From a virus, in IMG/VR virus record IMGVR_UViG_3300033145_000668, positions 31,175 through 95,174 of that record: a stretch of 64,000 bases of DNA, one strand, 5' to 3'. Each line of letters starts with the position of its first letter. The stretch's first letter is position 1. A model generated the notes under the pieces. It saw only the letters and a program-made list of their open reading frames with translations, did no database searches and was not told where the DNA came from. Below, in pieces: positions 40,124 through 49,463 of this stretch. Both the position numbers and the translations under genes were made by a program.

Positions 40124-40674
40124 TTTATCTTTTTTAATTTGGTCTTATTTAATTTGGTCTTGTTTAATTTAGCTGCTTCATCGAGAGCTTTGTATAGTTT
40201 ATCATTTTTATTAAATTGTTCTAACCATAAGTTTCTTTGTTCTATTGAGTCTATAATTATTTTCTTTTTTAAGTCCTCGTTAAGATGTTCTAGTTCGTGT
40301 TTAGCTCCGCTTAGTAACCGCTCATGGTATTTTAAATTATATTCTATTTTTTCTTTTTCAGTTGCGCTTGGGTTACCAATCATTATATCTGCAAACCATT
40401 TGTTTTCTATTTTATCTTTTTGCTCTTTAGGTAAGTCTGATTCTCTTACTTTATTATAAGCATGTTTCATTAGTTTTAGAAACATCTCGTTGAAGTAAGG
40501 TCCACCTGTGCAAGATTCTATGAATGAATGTCGTAATATTGTTTCAACATATCTATCAAATCCTGTTTTTGCTTGCTCTATCTTTTGTTTAAGAATTTTA
40601 ATTTCCCATTCTTCTTTTGTTTTTGGTTCTTTGTCTAACATCTTTTTTATTGTTGATTTTTTTGTTTTTGCCAT
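40120..40674 (-). CDS. Hypothetical helical protein
   Basis: ORF track, start set at MAKTKK; KLNKT repeat at the C-terminus. Confidence 0.55.
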   Translation of the reverse strand: MAKTKKSTIKKMLDKEPKTKEEWEIKILKQKIEQAKTGFDRYVETILRHSFIESCTGGPYFNEMFLKLMKHAYNKVRESDLPKEQKDKIENKWFADIMIGNPSATEKEKIEYNLKYHERLLSGAKHELEHLNEDLKKKIIIDSIEQRNLWLEQFNKNDKLYKALDEAAKLNKTKLNKTKLKKIK

Positions 40675-40675
40675 T

Positions 40676-40894
40676 TTAAAATTCACCTGCGTCATGTATA
40701 TGACTTCCTTCTTTATTATAAGCATACATCTTTAGCATTTGTCCTCGTTTGGAGTTTGAATGGTCTATTGCTTCTTCATCTGTTTCGCAGTAGCCTTCCA
40801 ACCAATCGGTTCCGTCGAAAGTGTCTACTCCAATTACGAACGGTTTGCCACATAATTCAACCGATGTATCGCCTATTTGTATTTTATTTGTCAT
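40676..40894 (-). CDS. Hypothetical protein
   Basis: ORF coupled to neighbours. Confidence 0.5.
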   Translation of the reverse strand: MTNKIQIGDTSVELCGKPFVIGVDTFDGTDWLEGYCETDEEAIDHSNSKRGQMLKMYAYNKEGSHIHDAGEF

Positions 40895-41305
40895 CTTTTA
40901 CTTTTGTCCATTTACTTGTATATTCTTCATTTTCATATAATCCTAATTCAAACGATTGAGTTGATAATATGATTTGTAATACTGTTTCAGTTTCTTTATG
41001 TAGATTAGTCATATAATCATATATTTCTTCAGGTATTTCAAAATCTTCTATATCTATTTTGTATTCTTTTCCATTTATTTTCCATTTATTTTCCATTTAT
41101 TTTCCATTTATTTTCCATTTATTTTCATAACTGTTTCTGGTTTACCATATAATATTTCAAACATGTCTTCAAGCACTCCTGAATTACCATAAGGTCTCTT
41201 TGGGTTTATTTCTGGTGCTCCAAATTCACAATCTTGCCATCCTACATTTGCTTTTTTTAAAAGAGTTAAATGTTCTTGTTTTAATTCGAATTGTTTATTT
41301 GTCAT
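40884..41305 (-). pseudogene. Single gene split into two ORFs (41108-41305 and 40884-41096) by an 11-nt tandem expansion
   Basis: With one repeat copy the frames fuse: ...ETVMKINGKEYKIDIEDF... Confidence 0.7.
41071..41125. repeat. Tandem repeat (CCATTTATTTT) x5
   Basis: Read directly from the sequence. Confidence 0.95.
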
Positions 41306-41404
41306 TTTAATTAATATATCCTTGTTCTTTCAAACATTCCTGCTATTGATAACACTTTGAATTGGATTACTCGATTACTCCTATTACTCCTATTATATTT
41401 GCCA

Positions 41405-41911
41405 TTATTTCTTTACCTTTCTCTTTTTCGTTTTAGTTTCTTTCTTTATTGGATGTTCTTTAATATATTTGTCTAGCTTTTCTTTTAACTCTCTTGTTTC
41501 TGATAATTGGTAAGAGGGTTTGAAATCGTGATTTTGATTGTATTGATTAAGACAATGATTTATTTCAATTCCTTCAACATCGTTTAAGTCTTCGAATGTC
41601 ATTATTACTTTATCTTCTGGATAGAAATATTTGTAGTATCCTTCGTTGTAACAACCGCACTCGGCGCAATATGTTGATAGTCCTATTTCCGTTAAACGGA
41701 ATTGCCGGTCTTCTTTATAATACATCACGCCGAAACCATCAAACTCTTCTACTATTATTCCATACCTTGGTTCGATGTAGAATAGGTTTGAGTGACAGTT
41801 ATTGCACATTGTTAATTGTTCTTGAGTTGAAAGTCGCCAGCCACTGTCTTGAAGCTCGATGCTATCCGGCGTAAGGATTAGCTTTGGTATCCGCTCTTTT
41901 TCTTTTATCAT
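41405..41911 (-). CDS. Hypothetical Zn-finger protein, first gene of the leftward unit
   Basis: CNNC and CAECGC; ATG at 41911 about 21 nt after TATA at 41933-41940. Confidence 0.6.
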   Translation of the reverse strand: MIKEKERIPKLILTPDSIELQDSGWRLSTQEQLTMCNNCHSNLFYIEPRYGIIVEEFDGFGVMYYKEDRQFRLTEIGLSTYCAECGCYNEGYYKYFYPEDKVIMTFEDLNDVEGIEINHCLNQYNQNHDFKPSYQLSETRELKEKLDKYIKEHPIKKETKTKKRKVKK

Positions 41912-42086
41912 AATTAATATAGAATTATTAGTTTTATAAATGTATTTATTGTGGATTATATATAATTTATTGTATTTTGATTGTGATTTTCGGGTGTTTG
42001 ATTGTCCTATATTTGTCATGAAAAATTTGCTTCTATTGTGTCCATTTTTCGAGATGCGATTTTGATTTGATTTATCCTTCATTTAT

Positions 42087-42421
42087 TCCAATTTATCCTT
42101 GATTTACCGAATCATGGTCTCAATTTATTATTTATCGCGGGCTTATACTTTTTTTTCTTAGTTTTAGATTTGTTTTTTAAATAAATTGGAATTAAAAAGA
42201 GTATAATACTAATAGAGCTCATATTAGCGCGAGATATCGCAATTCCTATTTATTATTTGAAATAAATTGGAGATAAATTGAACCCCCGGGTTACATGCTT
42301 AGTATATAAAGGCTTGCTTTTTTAATTCCAATTTATCTCCAATTTATCAAAACGATGGAAAGCTTTATAAATAGGCCACAGTTTCATTTATCGTTCATTT
42401 ATCGCCGAAAAATAAATTGGA
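42087..42421. repeat. Iteron-like ATAAATTGGA repeats in both orientations (candidate replication origin)
   Basis: Forward at 42181, 42262, 42412; reverse at 42087, 42327, 42338; extra partial copies; lies at the coding-strand switch. Confidence 0.7.
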
Positions 42422-42556
42422 ATAAAATTATTAATTTTAAAATAATCATCAATAATATAATTAATACTTTTATCATGGCCGTCATTTTCGTCTCTCAACT
42501 GTGGCCGCGATTTCGCGTAATTTTACCACATTTTGATTGGCCTTTATTTGTTATCG

Positions 42557-42777
42557 CGAATCAGTAAGAGAATATCAATAGAATTGGTAAACTTTATTGA
42601 TAATCTGCTACTGATTCGTATTAAATATAAAACCAGCAGGGATATGTTTACGTGTGCAAGTGGTTTCCCCCAGAAAGATTTTCCTATCCTTCTGTTGCTG
42701 GTTGAGTATGATTAGTGAATAGTACCGGGAACGCAATTAATAGTCGCACGCGCGTTAAACACATCAACGACGTTCCC
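42557..42777 (-). ncRNA. Structured RNA B, immediately downstream of a tRNA-like element
   Basis: Stems GGGAACG/CGUUCCC and AACCAGCA/UGCUGGUU, long terminal hairpin 42557-42618, linker shared with RNA A. Confidence 0.55.
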
Positions 42778-42847
42778 CGTAACGAATCGGATTTGAACCG
42801 ATGTATCGGGTATCTCCCGCGCACTTACCAGGCTGTGCTATCGCTAC
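42778..42847 (-). tRNA. tRNA-like element with shortened anticodon arm (no assignable anticodon)
   Basis: Acceptor GUAGCGA/UCGUUAC; D arm GCAC-AGCCUGGUAA-GUGC; CGGG-AGAUA-CCCG in place of the anticodon arm; T arm AUCGG-UUCAAAU-CCGAU; TTTAAATA box ~25 nt upstream. Confidence 0.75.
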
Positions 42848-42967
42848 CTATATTATACATAGGAAAAGTGAGTATTTAAATGCTTGCCCTCTCTACTAAT
42901 GGCCACTCTATTACGGAAATCTTTATAAGTGGCTTTGTCCTTATAATATTGATTTATGAAATCCCAA

Positions 42968-43065
42968 TTTTGGAATTTGGATTTTGGATTTTGGAATTTG
43001 GATTTTGGAATTTGGAATTTGGATTTTGGATTTTGGATTTTGGATTTTGGATTTTGGATTTTGCA
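42968..43065. repeat. Heptamer tandem array (WTTTGGA) x13 plus one degenerate unit
   Basis: Read directly from the sequence. Confidence 0.95.
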
Positions 43066-44257
43066 AATGTGTTTATTGAATTTAACATCGTCAGCGCTTA
43101 TATAGTATAATCATTGAGCGTATAGTATAATTTATAGGAAGAGCGATAGTATGCTGATGAGTGTTGTTCACTATGCATCCTCACAAAGAGATACAATTTT
43201 TTGCATCGTAAACATAGTTATTTGACGTTTTTTTATATAATATGATAATTATATCGATTGTTTTAAAATAATCTTTAAACAATTTAAAAATAATTTTTTC
43301 AATTTTTTTGGTTGTGAGGGTTTGAGAGGATTTTAACATAAAAATACATATAAATTTTGGTGAGGGTTTTGGACGATTTATACATATAAACACATATACC
43401 TATTGTTTACTTGGATATGTGATGTTCCAGTATACATGTTCGGTTCATCATATATGTTCCACTAAGTGACCACATCATAAGGATATTTCTATACTTACTC
43501 ATTTAGAGGTTATACTCCAAAGGAGAAAGGAAAACAATGTTTATAAACACCTGTATATTCTAACATACGCTTCCTATGGCCATAACATTTATAACTAACT
43601 ATGGTCTTATTCTTATTATGGAAACAAAAATATTTGAAGAAATGGAAGAAGAAATTTGGAAGTTGACAAAAAAATTAAATAAGTTATTATTTGATTTTGA
43701 AGACGAACCTAAACTTAGTTTAGAAGTTGTAGACTATTTAAATGAGGGAGGTAAATAAATGGATGAATATGAATTTGAGTATAGTGTTGAAGGTTTAGAT
43801 GAGCATATACAACTTTTGAAAGATTGTGTTAAGAATAAAGTTGATATACTTATTCACAACGAAGAAGAAGAGTGGTTTGTGTTGGGAGAACAAAAAGTTG
43901 TTATTTATAGTATGTTTGAAAGATATGGAGATGTGGATAGAGAAAAAATAACAATTGATGAGTTGATTGAAAAATGGGAAGAAGAAAAGAAAGAATTGGA
44001 AGAAGAAGAGAGATTGGAAAATATAAGAGAAGTGAGTGTAGATGAACATAAACAAATGCATTAATTAAATCACAATAGATTTTTTTTACTCGAATTCTCA
44101 AGTATATAAACCTTTTGGTATCCCTCTCCAATGATACTTTTTCTTTGTCATTCTATAATGAATACAAACATTTATAAACAAAAGGATGATAGTGTTTCTT
44201 TATAAAGATATGGAAAGATTTATAAATAAAAAACATGTCTGTTTGAGGACACATACC

Positions 44258-44277
44258 TTTATAAAGGACTATGGCCT
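44258..44277 (+). promoter_or_regulatory. Conserved promoter TTTATAAAGGACTATGGCCT (copy 1)
   Basis: Identical copy at 46136; variants at 43588, 44753, 45730, 46811. Confidence 0.7.
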
Positions 44278-44559
44278 TTTATTTTTAATTAAATATGGAG
44301 AATAAAATTTAAAATGAAACTAAATGACTTAATGAATGCGATTGCTGACTATAAGAGATATGTGGCAATGAACAGAAGACAAGTTGTTATATTTAAAAAA
44401 GCAATAGCTGATTTTGAATATAATGTTGACTTTCCTATGTTTGGTTTATTAGAAGAAGATATTTTGAATATGAAGAAGAAGTTAAATGCTTTTTTGGAAA
44501 AACCAGAAGATTTTTGTAGAGAATTTATTTTGGAAGACTTTGTTGATTAATTATTATTC

Positions 44560-44594
44560 AGAGAGTTGGAGAAATCTGACTCTCTATTTTTTTT
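44560..44594 (+). terminator. GAAA-tetraloop hairpin + T-tract (copy 1)
   Basis: AGAGAGTTGGA-GAAA-TCTGACTCTCT then T8, just after a stop codon. Confidence 0.7.
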
Positions 44595-44752
44595 CTTAAA
44601 TTATTTCCTTTAAAAAGCTTTTGGTATTACTCAAGAATGCTAACAAAAAGTTGTCATTATATAATGATGCTAAGTTAGAAAATAAATCAGTTGATGGTGA
44701 TTAGGGAAAAAGACTTTATAAATGTTTGCGAGGCCAATTGAGTATACAAAGC

Positions 44753-44772
44753 TTTATAAAGGCCATTGGCCT
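44753..44772 (+). promoter_or_regulatory. Conserved promoter variant TTTATAAAGGCCATTGGCCT
   Basis: Followed by the same 'TAATTAAATATGGAGAA' leader as copy 1. Confidence 0.7.
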
Positions 44773-45632
44773 TATATAATTAATTAAATATGGAGAACAA
44801 AATTTAATGGAAAAAACAACTTACGAAGGAAATGAGCTTGAAGTAGAGATGAACAGCGGTGCTTGGATTTATGATGGTGTTGAGCATGAAAAAGTTTTGA
44901 AGATGAATCCAGAATTGCATGCTGCAATATGCATTTTTGTAGAAGATTATGTGGCTAATTTCGAAGCGATTAAGAAGAAAGAGCGAGAAGAAGCTCGAGT
45001 GAAGCGAGTTGCTGAGCGAGCAGCTGAGATTGCAGAATTTAAGAAATCGTTTGAAGCCGAGCACGGAGATAAGTTTAAAGAAGTTGAGTTGAGTTATGCA
45101 AATCCAGAAGGAATTGGTTATAATGCCAAATTTGTGAAATTTGGAAATACTGGATTTCGGATAGAGTATAATGAGAATGTGTATGGCACTGGATATTATA
45201 GTTCGAAAACTAAGTTGTCTTGGGCTGTGCAAGATAGTGACTACAAAACTCGAAGATATGCAAAACTCGAAACTGCAGTGAATAAGATTGTTGAAAGAAT
45301 TGTCGAGCAAGAAGAAGAACGAGAGCAAAAAATTGTTGCGTCAAATGAGACCGAGCGAAAAGAAAATCTTATGAAAGAATTTGCTGAAAAGCTTGGACTT
45401 GTTTACAAGAAAGAGACAAAATATCATTCCGGGAATTACGGTCGGAGCGGATATGACACAACTCACTACCGAGCGATAAAAGGAAATGTGAGAGTAGTGC
45501 TTGAATGGGATTATTCGAACAAGTGTGTTAAATCGGGCACGTGCACGTTGACTAAGGAAGATGCATCGCAAACTTTAATTGCTGAGATGGTTCGGTTAGA
45601 CGAAAAGCTTAATTAATATTTTTTTATTATTC

Positions 45633-45667
45633 AGAGAGTCGGAGAAATCTGACTCTCTATTTTTTTT
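45633..45667 (+). terminator. GAAA-tetraloop hairpin + T-tract (copy 2)
   Basis: AGAGAGTCGGA-GAAA-TCTGACTCTCT then T8; near-identical to copy 1. Confidence 0.7.
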
Positions 45668-46135
45668 CTTGAAAATTGCCATTTATAAACTTATGTGTCC
45701 TTTAACAACATTGTCTTATGTCCATAAGATTTATAAAGAATCGTGTTCTTAAATTATTAATTAAAATGGAGAATTTAAAATGACTGAAATAAACGATACG
45801 AAGGAAAATTGGATTGTGAATTGCGAGGATGTTCCGGAGAGCTTAATTGGTTTAACATTAGATGAAGCTAGACAAGCAGTAATGGATAACGTTTGCATTT
45901 CCTTGGATGAAGGGGAGGAGGAATAAAATGTTAAACGATAACTCGGTTGTATTCTGTGCTGAATGTCCTATCGAAAACGGTGACCAAGTTTATTGCGATA
46001 AGTGTGCAAAAAAACAAATCGATAAGTTAGACAAATTTAATGACGAACTTTTATAAGAATAGATTTTTTTTTACTCTGTTTCGATAGTACTTAAACTTAT
46101 GTATTCTCTAACGAATGTGTCTAAAGGCCACAAGA

Positions 46136-46155
46136 TTTATAAAGGACTATGGCCT
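46136..46155 (+). promoter_or_regulatory. Conserved promoter TTTATAAAGGACTATGGCCT (copy 2)
   Basis: Exact match to 44258-44277. Confidence 0.7.
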
Positions 46156-47994
46156 TGGTATATTATAATAATCGCGAAAGTGTTATTATGGGTTGAGGAA
46201 GAGGTAGCTGACGGACTTCATAATGCAACTTGGAAATGCTGAGCCTCAACAATACGGCCTTTGAAAGACAGGGAAGAGGGAAAGACCCTCACTTTATAAT
46301 CAAAATGAAAAACAAAATTAAATTTGTTATTGCTATTGTGATTGTTGTTTCAATAATCGTTTTTAGTATTATGAATTCAGGATGTCCGAATGGCTATGTT
46401 ATGGCTGAGGATTATTCTTGTGTGATTGATACTTTTTGGAATAATTAAATAAAAGGAGGTATAAAGTGAAGAACTATAAAGATTTGAAAGTGTTGGAGAA
46501 ATACATACAGGAGAATGGATTTGAAGATTATTTTAAGGTCGGTGGAATAATTTATACACAACAAGAATATGATGAAGAGGGTAAGCAAGTTAGTTACGGG
46601 AATAAGAAAAACGAAACGGGGTTTATCGTTAATACAGAAAATAGGTATGAATTAGGAACTAAAGACGCAGAAATAGAAGAATTTGATGAGTGGTATTTGA
46701 GAAATGATATCAGTTATTTAGAATAAGTAGAAATTAGATTTTTTTTTATTCGAAAAAGCCGTTTATAAGTATTTGCATTGTCCATTGTCCTATGTCCGAA
46801 GACCATAACACTTATAAAGGCCTTTTGTCTTATTATATTATGGAAATAACAAATACTGAGAGAGAGGAGAAAGAAGTTTTAAAAGTGCTAAAGCACAAGT
46901 TAAAGCTTTTAGCTACTGCACCAAACTTAGACTATAAGATGGTGTTAGAAGTTAAGCAAAAAGTTTTATTTTGTGAAGAGAGCAAATTAATGATGGTAGA
47001 TGATAAATTCGGATATGGTTGGATAAGTTTTGAAGATATGGCTGATTTCGCAAGAAAAAGAGATTTTGAATTTATTCAGATTGTGGAGGTTGTACGAAAT
47101 GAATAATACTCTAAAATTAAATTTCAGTTATTTTTTAACTGAAACGGCGAGTGAGAAATCACTCGCTTCATAATCATAATGGAAAATCAAGAAATGGCAG
47201 AACAAGTAATCGGCGCTGAAATGCTGGACTCAATTAAAGATGATTTAGAGCGATTTGGATTAGATGAGGAGTTATTGGATTTAAAATGAAAACCTATTGC
47301 AGACAAAACAAAGTGCAGAAATCAATAAGTGATATAATAAAGCCGTTTATGAAAGATGGAGATAGAATCGCGGAGTTGAAGAATGCTGGCATCGATACTT
47401 ATACCCCTCTTATATACCGGATAAAACTAGGCGCTTATTTAATAGCACTCGGTATATCGCTATTCATCCCGTTTACTACAAGCGGGTTAATTATAATTGG
47501 AAGGAGGTTATTGAAATGAGTTATGAAGATTTGAAATGTCCAGCGTGTGGATGTGTGGGTAAGAATACTATCGACCCTTATATAGTATCAGAGCATCCGA
47601 ATGTGGAGGAGGATTGGGTAGTATGTCAGTGCGGTGAGTATATAAGAGCAGTAAGCGAGCTCGAGTAAGCGAGCTTGAGTAATGAGCTTTGTATATATGT
47701 AGCGACAGCGAGGGGCGCGGCAAGCATATATGTATAGGTGTAGACAACACATGTCGGAAGCGTATGATAAAGTAGCGTGTATAGCATTGCTACATAATAG
47801 GGCGCATGGTTTAAAAGCGACAGTGAAAAAAAAGTTGTTTCTACATACGAAAATTTTGCGCAACGTATTTTTGGGGAGGTTTTTTATATAATTAATAATT
47901 CTACGCACACCCGCTGCATACTTGTCGCATACCCACACCAGATTATATATAATCCTCAGTCAATACATTTATAAATTTAATAATTTTATTATTC

Positions 47995-48212
47995 ACAGGT
48001 TCATAACCCATAAGCTCCTAAGAGGCGAAAATATCTTTGCTTAGCGGCGAGGAGGAGCAATCTCTACAATCGTTATGAAATCCCTAATTAAGCGCTGATG
48101 CGTGGGTAACGATGCTGCGATGTCACATTCCAATAAATTTAGAGTCTGATGATATCGCAAGCAACTTTCCCGAACTCGACGTGACAGCTAGCACCGTCGG
48201 GTCGGGGTGCAT
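47995..48212 (+). ncRNA. Structured RNA C
   Basis: TATA at ~47968; stems UUCAUAAC/GUUAUGAA, GCUCCU/AGGAGC, UGCGAUGUCA/UGAUAUCGCA, CCCGA..CUCGACG/CGUCGGG..UCGGG. Confidence 0.55.
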
Positions 48213-48230
48213 GTTCAAAAAATAATAAAT

Positions 48231-48310
48231 AATAAAAAATGATAAAAAATGATAAAAAATGATAAAAAATGATAAAAAATGATAAAAAATGATAAAAAAT
48301 GATAATAAAA
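48231..48310. repeat. Tandem repeat (GATAAAAAAT) x6 plus degenerate flanks
   Basis: Read directly from the sequence. Confidence 0.95.
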
Positions 48311-48685
48311 ATAATAAATAAACTACCGTGGGATATCTTATACTCTATAGGAATTGTAATTATCTTATACATACTAATAACAAAATGATAAAAATGAAAA
48401 TGGAGGAAATAAGCAATGAAAATTAGTAGAAGTTTTAACAAGATGATTAAGTTATCAGAAAAGATTAGCAAAGCAAAAGAAGAAGCTAAAGGAATGATTG
48501 TAGATATTGGTGTAGAACGAGAAGAACTTGACACATTAGAAACACAAATCAAGTCAGTTATTAAATTATAATAAATAGTAACATTTATAAACCAGTAGTG
48601 TTTAGTATTATAGTCTTTAATGACGCGAAAGAGGACGGAGATGGAAAGCCGTTAATCAGATGAAGGAGGACTCGGCGGGCTATAG

Positions 48686-48755
48686 GGATGCATAGTGCAG
48701 TGCTAGCATTTCTGCGATGCCGCAGAAGACCCAGGTTAAATTCCTGGTGCATCTT
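48686..48755 (+). tRNA. Degenerate tRNA-like element with 6-nt anticodon loop
   Basis: Acceptor GGAUGCA/UGCAUCU; D GUGC/GCAU; UCUGC-GAUGCC-GCAGA; T CCAGG-UUAAAUU-CCUGG. Confidence 0.65.
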
Positions 48756-48760
48756 ACTTT

Positions 48761-48850
48761 CGAGAAGAATCTGGAAACAGATTAGAAGTAAAACGAGGCG
48801 TTAGTGCACGCCTATCCTCATTGTTGCAGGTTCGAATCCTGCCTCTCGCA
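48761..48850 (+). tRNA. tRNA-like element: perfect T arm, partial acceptor, non-canonical D and anticodon regions
   Basis: GCAGG-UUCGAAU-CCUGC; CGAGA/UCUCG; AAUCUG-GAAA-CAGAUU; AGGCGU/ACGCCU. Confidence 0.5.
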
Positions 48851-49463
48851 TAAGGCGTGTAGTTGGTGGCGTCGTAAAAAAAAGCACTACTTGATACCGA
48901 TAATTCGGTACTTGGGGATGGCAAAACTAACCTCTTATGAAAATAAAGCAGGAGAACACATCCCCAGCCCTTAAGGGCAATTATAATCAAAATGACAGAA
49001 TACAAATGCCCAAGTGAAATAGAATTAGAAGAAAAGATACATTTTCAAGAAACAATGAAGAGAAATAGAGAAATAGATAAAGATTTTTATATGTTTGAAG
49101 AAATTTCAAAAGGAATTATGAATTTATAATAAAATGAAAAACAAAAATAAAATTGTATGTGAATTAAATTGTTATTTAGATGGAGATAGTTTATGTATTA
49201 TAAAAAATAATTTTATTAATTTACAAGAAAGTGAAGCAGTTTTTATAAAACCCACAAAAAAACAATTAAGAGAAATAATTAAATTAAAAAGGAGAAAAAG
49301 ATGAAAATACAAAGAAAAATAATTGAAGATATTACTAAGATTGTTTTAAGACAATTAAATTTAGATGGGGTAATTGATGGTAATAAATATCAAGGAAAAG
49401 ATTTTGATAAATTAATTAACAAAATAATTTTACTATGAGAAATATAGGAGAAAAAACTTTAAA

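Larger units (their letters stand above)
43618..47519 (+). other. Cassette-like block of putative early genes (43618-43758, 43759-44064, 44314-44550, 44807-45616, 46305-46448, 46466-46726, ~46840-47106, 47286-47519), mostly acidic hypothetical proteins
   Basis: Each unit preceded by a related TATA motif and followed by a T-tract or hairpin. Confidence 0.65.

Noticed and set aside
42880-43110. 76-aa ORF with FGFWIL repeats
   Set aside because: Product of the heptamer repeat, which lacks stops; no sign it is a real gene
48140-48160. Hammerhead ribozyme or C/D box from CTGATGA
   Set aside because: The required GAAA and stem arrangement, or a partner D box, was not found
42968-48310. Tandem arrays as CRISPR arrays
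   Set aside because: Units are 7-10 nt and contiguous, with no unique spacers
48139-48552. 137-aa minus-strand ORF
   Set aside because: Shadow of the A-rich tandem repeat and RNA C; the region is plus-strand oriented
48790-48825. Intron-containing or ochre-suppressor (UUA) tRNA
   Set aside because: No U33 and no bulge-helix-bulge could be built; pairing GAGGA (48666) with TCCTC (48815) also gave no valid BHB
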